A DNA stretch of 64,000 bases, taken from positions 2,688,001-2,752,000 of the forward strand of contig CAXXLX010000001.1 of assembly GCA_963665235.2 (NCBI GenBank), written 5' to 3'. Positions 29,258 through 38,890 of the stretch are shown in pieces. The number at the start of each line of letters is the position of its first letter. Position 1 is the first letter of the stretch. The DNA is from Candidatus Poribacteria bacterium (GTDB taxonomy: Bacteria > Poribacteria > WGA-4E > WGA-3G). The position numbers and the translations under genes are program-made. Below the pieces are notes generated by a model, which did not search any database, was not told where the DNA came from, and saw only the letters and a program-made list of their open reading frames with translations.

Positions 29258-31954
29258 ATGCTGCATGCCTCTCATAATCTTTTTAATACGCGCCGAGACC
29301 TTGAAAGCGAAGGGCTCAGGTGCACCTATTATTCGCTGCCTGCTTTAGCGGAAGCTGGTATCGGTTCAATAAGTACTTTACCCGTTAGTCTGCGTATCCT
29401 ATTGGAATCGTTGCTGCGGAATTACGATGGACATCAAATCACCGAGCAGGATGTTGTCAATTTGGCAAATTGGGAAGCCGGTTCACCGATGACTTCAGAA
29501 ATTCCGTTCAAACCGGCGCGCGTTGTCGCGCAGGATTTCACAGGCGTACCGCTCGTCGTTGATATTGCCGCAATGCGTTCCGCGGTCGCAGAACTCGGCG
29601 GCGATTCACGCCTAATTGAACCGCTTGTTCCTGTCGATTTGGTCATTGACCACTCTATCCAAGTTGACGAATATGGGACAGAGAATGCGTTTCAGTTTAA
29701 CACCCGCAGAGAATTTGAACGGAACAAGGAACGTTATGAATTCCTGAAATGGGGACAGCAAGCGTTTGAAAAGTTCAATATCATTCCCCCCTCTATCGGC
29801 ATTGTGCATCAGGTGAATTTGGAATACCTCGCGCAGGTGGTCATGACAGAGGACTCGCTTGCCTATCCGGACACCGTCGTCGGCACCGATTCGCACACTA
29901 CAATGATTAACGGATTAGGTATTGTTGGTTGGGGAGTCGGCGGTATTGAAGCTGAAGCGGCGATGCTGGGACAGCCGGTCTACATTTTAACCCCCGAAGT
30001 ACTTGGCGTTCACATGACAGGGGAGCTACAGGAAGGCGTAACCGCAACCGATTTGGTGTTAACTGTGACGCAACGCCTTAGAGCTGCTGAGGTTGTCGGT
30101 AAATTCGTCGAATTCTTTGGAGAAGGCGTGGAAGCACTCGCACTCCCCGATAGGGCGACGCTCTCTAACATGTGCCCGGAATACGGCGCAACTATCGGAT
30201 TTTTCCCACCCGATGCCGAGACAATGCAATACTTACGGCTTACCGGACGTGAAGAAGCACACGTCGCATTGGTAGAGGCATATCTCAAAGCACAAGAGAT
30301 GTTCGGTATTCCGCGGCTCGGGGAGGTCAATTACTCCGACATTCTGAAAATTGACTTATCAGAAATTGAACCGAGTATCGCCGGACCGAAACGGCCACAA
30401 GATAGGATTGCCCTCTCGGATGTAAAACAGACGTTTACCGAGCTCCTGACGCAACCCGTCACAGATGATGGATTTGGGATGACAGCCGAACAGCTAGCAC
30501 GCGCGGAAAAGAATAGGGACGATTACGCGGGGGTTACGAACGGCTCTGTCGTTATATCAGCCATTACAAGTTGCACAAACACCAGCAACCCCTCTGTGAT
30601 GATTGGGGCAGGACTGCTCGCCAAAAAAGCTGTTGAAAATGGATTGCGCGTCCCCGATTACGTCAAAACCAGTTTGGCACCCGGGTCACGGGTGGTAACG
30701 GCATATCTACAGAACACAGGTTTGTTACCCTATTTGGAAAAGTTGGGATATAACGTCGTCGGATACGGCTGCACAACCTGCATCGGTAACAGCGGCCCGT
30801 TGAATGATGTTGTCCAAGAGGCGATTGATGCAGAAAATCTCGTGACTGCGAGTGTTTTAAGTGGCAACCGGAATTTTGAAGCACGGGTGCATCCAGAGAT
30901 AAAAGCGAATTTCCTCATGTCCCCACCGCTTGTTGTTGCCTACGGAATTGCAGGCCGCATTGACATTGACCTCGCCACTGAACCGCTCGGGCACAACGAT
31001 GCTGGGGAGGCTGTCTATTTGCAAGACATTTGGCCGACACGTCAAGAGATCGCAGAGATGATTGCTACTGCTGTTGACCGTCGAACGTTCAGAGAGATGT
31101 ACGAATCCATCGGTAACCAGGCACCGGAATGGGAAGACCTTGCAGGGACAACGGGTGTTCTTTATCCGTGGCATGCAGAAAGCACTTATATCCAGCATCC
31201 CCCGTTCTTTGAAGGTTTTTCACGTGAACCCGCTCCTATTTCGGATGTCGTGAACGCCCGAATCCTCGGCATTTTCGGAGACTCGGTCACTACAGACCAC
31301 ATTTCGCCAGCAGGTGCAATCGCTGCAGCGAGCCCAGCAGGACGCTATCTACAGGAACGCGGTGTTGAGACACGGGATTTTAATACTTATGGCGCGAGAC
31401 GCGGGAACGACCAGGTGATGAGCCGCGGAACGTTTGCGAATCTCCGCGTACGAAACCTTATGACACCGGACGTAGAAGGCGGATTCACCCGCAAATATCC
31501 AGAAGCCGAGCTGACAACTATCTATGAAGCTGCACTTCACTACCGAGAGAACGACATCCCGACGGTTATCTTCGCAGGAAAAGACTACGGTATGGGAAGC
31601 TCACGCGATTGGGCAGCGAAGGGACCAAAACTCCTCGGCGTTAAAGCTGTCGTCGTGGAGAGTTATGAACGAATTCACCGCAGCAACCTCATCGGTATGG
31701 GTATTTTGCCGTTACAGTTTAAACAGGGAGAAAATGCACAGACGCTCAATCTCGAGGGAAGCGAGATAATCAGTATTACCGGGTTCGCCGATGACCTCCA
31801 ACCCGGGCAGATAGCTACCATGAACATCGTGCGAGCCAACGGGGATACGGAGACCACTGAACTGTTAATCAGAATCGATTCGCCTGTAGAGGTGCAATAC
31901 TACAAAAACGGCGGGATTCTGGATTATGTAATTCGGAATTTCTTGTCTGCCTAA
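29258..31954 (+). CDS. acnA: Aconitate hydratase A
   Basis: [56 protein letters not shown]; AAGGAG RBS before ATG 29258. Confidence 0.97.
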   Translation: MLHASHNLFNTRRDLESEGLRCTYYSLPALAEAGIGSISTLPVSLRILLESLLRNYDGHQITEQDVVNLANWEAGSPMTSEIPFKPARVVAQDFTGVPLVVDIAAMRSAVAELGGDSRLIEPLVPVDLVIDHSIQVDEYGTENAFQFNTRREFERNKERYEFLKWGQQAFEKFNIIPPSIGIVHQVNLEYLAQVVMTEDSLAYPDTVVGTDSHTTMINGLGIVGWGVGGIEAEAAMLGQPVYILTPEVLGVHMTGELQEGVTATDLVLTVTQRLRAAEVVGKFVEFFGEGVEALALPDRATLSNMCPEYGATIGFFPPDAETMQYLRLTGREEAHVALVEAYLKAQEMFGIPRLGEVNYSDILKIDLSEIEPSIAGPKRPQDRIALSDVKQTFTELLTQPVTDDGFGMTAEQLARAEKNRDDYAGVTNGSVVISAITSCTNTSNPSVMIGAGLLAKKAVENGLRVPDYVKTSLAPGSRVVTAYLQNTGLLPYLEKLGYNVVGYGCTTCIGNSGPLNDVVQEAIDAENLVTASVLSGNRNFEARVHPEIKANFLMSPPLVVAYGIAGRIDIDLATEPLGHNDAGEAVYLQDIWPTRQEIAEMIATAVDRRTFREMYESIGNQAPEWEDLAGTTGVLYPWHAESTYIQHPPFFEGFSREPAPISDVVNARILGIFGDSVTTDHISPAGAIAAASPAGRYLQERGVETRDFNTYGARRGNDQVMSRGTFANLRVRNLMTPDVEGGFTRKYPEAELTTIYEAALHYRENDIPTVIFAGKDYGMGSSRDWAAKGPKLLGVKAVVVESYERIHRSNLIGMGILPLQFKQGENAQTLNLEGSEIISITGFADDLQPGQIATMNIVRANGDTETTELLIRIDSPVEVQYYKNGGILDYVIRNFLSA

Positions 31955-31979
31955 TGTGTAGAAAAAGAGGTCTTTCATA

Positions 31980-32585
31980 ATGGCATATAGCGATTTTACC
32001 TTGGAAATGGTGCAGAAAACGTTCCAATTAGAGACGGTTCGGTCTATAGGAATTTTCTCTGAAATAGAACCGGTGGCTCCGAGCGCGTATCTCAAGACGG
32101 GGTTAGAGAAAAAGGCATCGTTAGCCACCGCCATTGGCACCGAGAAAGCGCGTTCCGAGCTGATTGTCGCTGATATACTCGTTGAACTTCTTGAGCACTT
32201 CGAACGCCGCATCAGTCTCTTCTCTGGGATTGACTTCAACGTTGATGCTGAAGCGGGTTTAACCGGGGTGTGCGATTTTTTAGTCAGCTTGTCGCCAGAA
32301 CAATTTTATTTGGAGGCACCTGTTATCGTGCTTGTCGAAGCAAAAAATCTCGATCTAAAACTTGGAATCGGGCAGTGTGTCGCGGAGATGCTCGCTGCCC
32401 AACGTTTTAATGCCGAAAAAGGGAATGACGTTTCCTGTGTTTATGGTGCCTCCACGACTGGCGTAGACTGGCTCTTCCTCAAATTGGAGGGGCGGTGTTT
32501 GCACATTGATATGACAATCTACACGATTGAGCGGTGTGACAGAATCCTCGGTATCCTCGCCAGCATGGTGGAGCAGGAGGCGTGA
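31980..32585 (+). CDS. Conserved PD-(D/E)xK-like hypothetical protein (HsdR-N-like)
   Basis: EKARSE.I, G.CDF, LVEAK, GQCVAEM, YG..TTG..W.FLKL. Confidence 0.7.
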   Translation: MAYSDFTLEMVQKTFQLETVRSIGIFSEIEPVAPSAYLKTGLEKKASLATAIGTEKARSELIVADILVELLEHFERRISLFSGIDFNVDAEAGLTGVCDFLVSLSPEQFYLEAPVIVLVEAKNLDLKLGIGQCVAEMLAAQRFNAEKGNDVSCVYGASTTGVDWLFLKLEGRCLHIDMTIYTIERCDRILGILASMVEQEA

Positions 32586-32759
32586 TATAACGTTTGAGGC
32601 TACGAATTATAAAGACATCAATGGCGCGTGTGGCATCTTTCTACGCGCTTTGGGAGATAACCTTGTGCTACTGTCTATCAGTAGTATTGCAAACCATGCG
32701 GACCCTACAAAAAATATAGTTTTGTTTGGGAATGTATAGGCTAAATTTATCGGTACAGT

Positions 32760-33440
32760 ATGTTATCAACACAGAAACGGCTCTATGTTTTACTTATGTT
32801 TATTTTGTTCCCGGTTACCCCGTATGCTCAAATTCCATTATATGAATTGCCGGTTGAGAAGGCCGGTTTCGGACTTGAATTCAGCGCGCTACAGGATGTT
32901 AACGTAATTGGCACTAGAGTTGATTACGCAATTGATAAATATTCTAAGCTCGCTTTTAATGCAGGTATCGGGTTTAATAACGATAAAAACGATTTGGAAT
33001 CTTTTGATGAACACACCCCGCCATCACCCAGTGGGGGAATTGGTATAGTGTATATTAAACCTTTAGGGAAGTCGGGTCTCAAATATTTATTACACAGCGG
33101 TTTCGGTGCAGAATTCGCCTGGGCTGTTGATGATGAAACAAACGAAACCCTTTCGCACTCAAGGGCTTTCAGGCTCTCAGGCACCAGCGGAATCTTAAAA
33201 CGTTTAGAGACGGAGTCAGACTGGGTTATAAGTCCGTTTTTCGCAATGTCTTATACAAACGTTTGGACAACTATAGAAAGTACGCTGCAGGATTTTGATG
33301 AAACGGAGAGCGATGGAAATTTCGGGGGAACAATTGGATTGGAAATTGAGATGTCCCGAACGGTAAGTGCGATGGCATCTTTTGCGTTTTCTTTCCAGAG
33401 TACTGAGACAGTTTTTAATATCGGCTTAAATTTCCATTGA
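32760..33440 (+). CDS. Putative outer-membrane beta-barrel protein
   Basis: Signal peptide, alternating amphipathic strands, ends FNIGLNFH. Confidence 0.55.
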   Translation: MLSTQKRLYVLLMFILFPVTPYAQIPLYELPVEKAGFGLEFSALQDVNVIGTRVDYAIDKYSKLAFNAGIGFNNDKNDLESFDEHTPPSPSGGIGIVYIKPLGKSGLKYLLHSGFGAEFAWAVDDETNETLSHSRAFRLSGTSGILKRLETESDWVISPFFAMSYTNVWTTIESTLQDFDETESDGNFGGTIGLEIEMSRTVSAMASFAFSFQSTETVFNIGLNFH

Positions 33441-33820
33441 AAATTGAGCCTAACGGCTCAAAAGCGGAAGAGTTCTACTCTATTGTAGGAATGTGCCTAA
33501 TTTCCCGCCGCCTTTCTAACGTTTACTAAACTTTGGACAATTTTAGGAGGTGTCCAGTTTTTGTCAAAGGGATAGGTGGAAGAGCGGATTTGGCGTGTGT
33601 TGTCAGAATGCGCGTCGCATTTGGGCGAGTACGCCGCAAATCGCGGAGTATCGTGGATTTAACTTAAGGGATTACGCGGATTTTGAGGTACGTATCGTGT
33701 CACAAACATTCCTCACAAAAATCCATCGAAAGAAAAATTTGATGCTGTCAAAGAAAATTTGACCTTTGCCTGAAATTATGGTACAATACTTAGACTACCT
33801 GCGGCAGGCAATGCAACCTT

Positions 33821-33928
33821 ACTGAAAGTGAGGCTGAGTTGAGTAAAAGCTTCTGGCGTATTAGAGTTCAGTATACAGGGAGCATCGCATCAAACTGAAA
33901 GCGGTTTTGAGGAAGTAAAAATTGATGT
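33821..33928 (+). repeat. Left copy of an imperfect ~107-bp direct repeat (right copy 41608-41714)
   Basis: actgaaagtga.gctgag...ttagagttc.gtat.caggga.cat.gcatcaaactgaaagcgg.tttgagga.gta.aaattgatgt is shared by both copies. Confidence 0.85.
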
Positions 33929-33983
33929 TGCGTAATCAGCCCTTTAATTTAACTATCAAACTCAATGTTGGATTCCAGAAGAA

Positions 33984-34778
33984 ATGGCAAAGAAAAAGAC
34001 GAACACACCACGCAAAAGAAAACGCTTAAAGGCAAATGCCAAGCGTCAAGCACATGCTCAGCTAAGAGGATACCTCTACCAAATCTGGCATAGTGTGAAC
34101 GCTTGGTTGGACCTTGCCGAAGATGAAGTCCTCTATTTGGAAGGTGCGGAAGACTTTGACAGAGTATCAGATGACGATGCTACGGCGACACAGGTCAAAC
34201 ACACACAACACAACATTACGCTTAGATGTCAAGATGTGAATGATGCAATCAACCACTATTGGGAGCTGCGGACTAACAATCCTGATCGACGTGTGAAATT
34301 CCGCTTTCTCACAACATCTAAGATAGTTAAGGAACAAGGTAATTCACTTGGAACGGATAAACCGGGTCTTGAAGTATGGAGTCGTTGTTCAGGTGATGAG
34401 ACAGCTATCGTAAAAATTTCTGAGTTTTTACAAACTGAGGGGAAAATATCAGAAGAAGTAAACGATTTTCTCAAAACCGCGGAACCGCAAGAAATTTATG
34501 CACAACTCATTGAACCAATTGCTTGGGAAACGGACAGCAAGCCTGCCGGTTTCGTTGAGCAATCTATAAGGGAAAAATTGATTCATCATGGCGATCGGCA
34601 CGGTATTTCACCTTCCAATGCTGAAAAAGTTGTTGATTACCTTCTCAAGGAAGCATTGACGGTCGCAACACATAAGGAAAACCGTCGACTTACCCGAATA
34701 CGTTTTCTGGAAATTTTCGAGGAATCAAACAAGCGAGTAGTTTCAATCCAGGATGTTGCGGGCACAGCAATCCATTGA
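33984..34778 (+). CDS. Cap4/DUF4297-like PD-(D/E)xK nuclease domain; probably the 5' part of a split gene
   Basis: LRGYLYQ...W...LYLEGAEDFD...TQVK restriction-like motif. Confidence 0.7.
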   Translation: MAKKKTNTPRKRKRLKANAKRQAHAQLRGYLYQIWHSVNAWLDLAEDEVLYLEGAEDFDRVSDDDATATQVKHTQHNITLRCQDVNDAINHYWELRTNNPDRRVKFRFLTTSKIVKEQGNSLGTDKPGLEVWSRCSGDETAIVKISEFLQTEGKISEEVNDFLKTAEPQEIYAQLIEPIAWETDSKPAGFVEQSIREKLIHHGDRHGISPSNAEKVVDYLLKEALTVATHKENRRLTRIRFLEIFEESNKRVVSIQDVAGTAIH

Positions 34779-34792
34779 CTCAATAAAAGCTG

Positions 34793-37700
34793 TTGTTGGA
34801 TCACGGGAAAATTGCCGGGGATTCATCTGATATTAACATTCAATCTCATCCTCACATACAAACCGATATACCTCCAATCTATCTTGATGTTGTTATTCCG
34901 AGGACAGAACTACTCACAGATATCCAAACTAAGCTCCAATCTGATAGTATAGTCGTAATTCAAGGAGGCGTGGACACAGGCAAAACAACCCTTGCAAAAT
35001 TGACCGCAAATGCTATAGATGCTGATTGGTTTTGGTTAAATTTGACGAAAAAGGATCCGTCTCAGGTTGCCCAGCTTTTACAGCAACTTGCTAGTGCAGT
35101 AAGCAATGAATCTTCACAAATCAATGTTGTCCTTGATGATCTGAATTTACAACCGCAACAGTTGAGGACGTATAAAGAAGAATTGGGTGTTGTGGTTTAT
35201 AGGGTGCTGGAACGTGGTGCGAAATTGTTAATCACAAGTCAGTATAATCCACCTAATAACCTTATTCGCAGTCTCGGTTTATCGTCGTCGGTGGTCGTCA
35301 ATGCTCCTAACTTTATTAGATCTGAAATCGCGCAGTTTGCACAGCAACTAAGGTGCCCCGCTGATGATTTAGAGACTTGGGTAACATTTATTCAAGCACA
35401 TACGAGCGGACATCCAAGGCTTGTACATGCCCGACTCACTCAATTACGAGACGAGGGATGGAAGCAATCAGATTTAATCGAAAGTATGATACAAACACCC
35501 CAGGTAGTAAAGAAAGAACGTGAAGCGGCACGACAACTACTCATCGACTTGCCAGAAGATAGAAGGGAATTTCTTTATAGGCTTAGCCTGCTTACTGAAT
35601 TCAGGCAAGATTACGCGCTTAACATTGGTGAAATACCAAACCCTATATCTTACCCAGGGGATGTTTTTAGTCAGCTGGTCGGACCATGGATAGACCAAGT
35701 TAGTGAAAACTACTACACAATTTCACCTTTATTGACAAACGCAGCCAAAGAGGTTTGGTCCGATGATAAGATAAAAGGTCTTCATGCTTATATTGCAAAT
35801 GCTATCCTTGAAACGAAGAAACTGACCACAACGGAAGCTCGGGCTGTGCTTACACATAGTATAGTTGGAGAAAATAAAGAAGGACTTGTTTCTGTCATTC
35901 AGATGCTAATGACGGCTCCAGAGGATAGCTGGGGTATGCTCAGTCAAGAGTTCGCTTGGTTGAGATACATTAAAATTGATCCTCATGAGGAACTATTTCC
36001 TGGGAATGTCTTTGTAAATCAACTGTTTCGGTCATTGCAGTATCGAATTGCGGTTGAGGTGGAACCGGAGTTTGCACCAAAGATACTTGAAATCTGGGAT
36101 AAGGAAACTAAACCTTATGAACCACGTCACTTGTATTTGTTATCTCGTCTAATACTGGCCACAGAGGTATTGAGATTCAACCAAGTTTCACTCCCAGCCA
36201 AGAAGGTGGTGGGTTATCTTAAAGAAATGATTGACATCAAAGATAGGGAAAAAGAGGCCTGGGAGATTTTCTACAATTCTATGGTGCAATTAGAAGCAGG
36301 TAAAACCGATAAGTCCAACTTTTTCAGTATCCTATTTAGTTTTATCTATGCGCGTCAATCCATTTACGCTCCGTTTCTTAGTGACCTTATTGATGAACTG
36401 GATGAACTTAATCCAAGAATTCTGACACTATTATTGGCTGATTTTGAGGGTGACAATATTATTGAGGCGAGGTTGTTAATTGACGGTGTCTGGTGGGCGG
36501 AAGCAAATCTTGAAAGCCCAAATTGGACAAGGTGCCTTCAGGTATTTGACAGAGTAATTGAGAAAACTATCGAATGGGGTTATCCCAACATCGCTGCAGC
36601 ATCCGCAAGAGGCAAAGCCATCATTCATGACGAATACCTGAATGCCCCTGACACTGCTCATGAAGTCCTTCAAGATATTACATCAAAATTGGGTCCACTA
36701 CCAGCAATAGAAGAAGCGCGGGCATTCGTGTATTTACACCAAAAAAATTACAAAGAAGCCCTCAATATTTACGAGTGTATTCTTCCTAAGTGGAACCCAC
36801 CTTTAGAACAATTGGGCATTGGTCCTTTGGAGGAGTATCGCAGAGCCGCTATATGCGCAGCCTGTTTGGACGATTGGAAGAAAGCAGCTGCCTTTTTCGA
36901 AGATGGCGCAAAAAGAACTCATGAAACTGTGAACGTAGAAGGGTACGTTGGTTTTTATGCAGATGCCGGATTTGCCCACTTTAAAGCAGGCAATATGTTG
37001 AACTGCATAAAATTTCTGCATCTGGCGTTGCAAAATTTTGAAATGCTTCCTCAAGACAATACAGATGTCAAGTATTTCACTTTAAAGAAACGTTTAGAGC
37101 ACATCATAAAATGGATAAAGACGATATGGTATGAGTGGGAAGATAACGCTTCAGAACTTTTTGAACCCTTTGTAGGTTTTTGTAGCGATGCGGAGACAAA
37201 AGAGGAATTTTTGACGCTTCCTGATTGCCCAATAGGATACCCTTGGTTCTATCTATCGCAAATTGAATACAGATTTGGGCATGAAACGACAGTTTTCCAA
37301 CATGCTTTGCAGATCACAGACCGGGATGCATATCCAGAACTAAACTTCCTCCTTTCTGTACTTGAAACACAATATGACTTTAAAAATAAAACCTTTGACA
37401 ATCTACCACGGCGTATACATCAATTGATGAATGTGTGTGATTTGATGCAGGAGCATTATCAAAGTATGGAAAAAAATGAGAGAAAAGAAATTGGTTCTTT
37501 ATCTATTGCCAATCTATCCAATCTCGCTTCTGTTGAGAACATTACTACTTTTTTTGTATCTGCCCTTCTTACACAACTGTCAACAAATCGAGATGTTCAT
37601 GAAACTCTAACTATATGGCGGACAAATTCATTAGGATTACCTATAAAAGATAATATGGCCATTGCTCTTAACCTAATTGAATCGATATTGTTCGGAGACC

Positions 37701-38284
37701 AAAATGATGCCTTAACACTGATGAAAACGCAAGAAAGCAAATATGAAGAGCGACTTGTAGCAGCATTAAAGGTTGTTCAGGATAAAAAAACGAATCCAGC
37801 AAACCTTTTTGGGGCACATACGCTCATTACGACTTTTCTGATTGACTATCTAACATGGCTAGACCCCCTCGGGCAAGGTTTAGCAGGGCTGCTTTCTGCA
37901 CAGTGGCTTGAAAAAATAAAATTTCGCGCAGCACTGAAAGCACCTATGCTGACAGTGCCTGAAATAGAACAGGCCTGCAGCAGCAGTGAAACCGGCAAGA
38001 AGAAAATCGGGCGGATTCTACTTGCTGCGCATCAAGCTGTCTCACTTAGGGTGCCCTCTGAGACTTTACAGAAATTCCGGACTTGGGCAGAATTGGAATC
38101 AGAGCAGAAACAGGAACCCACAACAGGAAAAAATTCCGCTGCACAAAACCTCATCAAAGTGATGGAAAAGCCGCCACATCTTACTGATGAAGATATTACT
38201 GCACTACATCAATCAATCGAAGAGGGGAAAATACCTATAAATTTCAATTCGCCCTTTGAACCGGATGAGCACGAAAAAGAATGA
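34793..38284 (+). CDS. STAND-like P-loop NTPase with long helical/TPR sensor region (Avs-like) and antitoxin-like tail
   Basis: Walker A GGVDTGKTT, Walker B VVLDD, LLITS, SGHP.L, long helical-repeat region. Confidence 0.75.
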   Translation: MLDHGKIAGDSSDINIQSHPHIQTDIPPIYLDVVIPRTELLTDIQTKLQSDSIVVIQGGVDTGKTTLAKLTANAIDADWFWLNLTKKDPSQVAQLLQQLASAVSNESSQINVVLDDLNLQPQQLRTYKEELGVVVYRVLERGAKLLITSQYNPPNNLIRSLGLSSSVVVNAPNFIRSEIAQFAQQLRCPADDLETWVTFIQAHTSGHPRLVHARLTQLRDEGWKQSDLIESMIQTPQVVKKEREAARQLLIDLPEDRREFLYRLSLLTEFRQDYALNIGEIPNPISYPGDVFSQLVGPWIDQVSENYYTISPLLTNAAKEVWSDDKIKGLHAYIANAILETKKLTTTEARAVLTHSIVGENKEGLVSVIQMLMTAPEDSWGMLSQEFAWLRYIKIDPHEELFPGNVFVNQLFRSLQYRIAVEVEPEFAPKILEIWDKETKPYEPRHLYLLSRLILATEVLRFNQVSLPAKKVVGYLKEMIDIKDREKEAWEIFYNSMVQLEAGKTDKSNFFSILFSFIYARQSIYAPFLSDLIDELDELNPRILTLLLADFEGDNIIEARLLIDGVWWAEANLESPNWTRCLQVFDRVIEKTIEWGYPNIAAASARGKAIIHDEYLNAPDTAHEVLQDITSKLGPLPAIEEARAFVYLHQKNYKEALNIYECILPKWNPPLEQLGIGPLEEYRRAAICAACLDDWKKAAAFFEDGAKRTHETVNVEGYVGFYADAGFAHFKAGNMLNCIKFLHLALQNFEMLPQDNTDVKYFTLKKRLEHIIKWIKTIWYEWEDNASELFEPFVGFCSDAETKEEFLTLPDCPIGYPWFYLSQIEYRFGHETTVFQHALQITDRDAYPELNFLLSVLETQYDFKNKTFDNLPRRIHQLMNVCDLMQEHYQSMEKNERKEIGSLSIANLSNLASVENITTFFVSALLTQLSTNRDVHETLTIWRTNSLGLPIKDNMAIALNLIESILFGDQNDALTLMKTQESKYEERLVAALKVVQDKKTNPANLFGAHTLITTFLIDYLTWLDPLGQGLAGLLSAQWLEKIKFRAALKAPMLTVPEIEQACSSSETGKKKIGRILLAAHQAVSLRVPSETLQKFRTWAELESEQKQEPTTGKNSAAQNLIKVMEKPPHLTDEDITALHQSIEEGKIPINFNSPFEPDEHEKE

Positions 38285-38697
38285 ATAAATATCTCCTGGA
38301 AACAACAACGTGGAGTCTGTTAATGAAAGATAACCCCAAGGTTAAAGGGCGTTTGAATTCGCTAACCCAGTCGGACTACTATTTTACTTGTCCCATTGTT
38401 AAGGGCGAAATTCTGTTCGGAATAGCTCGGCTCCCTGCTGGAAAAAGAAAACAAGATCTCCAACAAAAGGCAAACGAGTTATTCGCTATAATTCCGTGCG
38501 ACCCGATCCTAGAAAATGTTGGTGATGTCTATGCCCAGATAAAAGTTACGGCGCAACAACAAGGCACCCCTTTAGATGAATCCGATCTTTGGATTGCCGC
38601 GACGGCTCTTGCGCTTGATGCGATTCTGGTTACGTCTGATTCCGATTATCAGAGAATTGCTAGAGTAGGATTGCGTTTGGAAGATTGGAAAAATTAA
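38281..38697 (+). CDS. vapC: PIN-domain ribonuclease toxin (VapC-like)
   Basis: YLLETT..., GEILFG, DESDLWIAATA, LVTSDSDY; ATGA overlap with the upstream stop. Confidence 0.85.
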   Translation: MNKYLLETTTWSLLMKDNPKVKGRLNSLTQSDYYFTCPIVKGEILFGIARLPAGKRKQDLQQKANELFAIIPCDPILENVGDVYAQIKVTAQQQGTPLDESDLWIAATALALDAILVTSDSDYQRIARVGLRLEDWKN

Positions 38698-38890
38698 CAA
38701 AAGAGATATTTCACGTCAATAAATCTGAAAAATTGCTTGCCAGTCGATGCGGATTTATGCTAAACTTTATGAAGGAATTCTTCAGAAGTCTCTCCCCCCT
38801 TGAGTGAGATTGTGCAGACAGTTTCACAGCAAACTTTGAGCGAACCTGATTCAAAAAAATCGCGGCAAAGTTGAAGGAGAATTGGTAACC

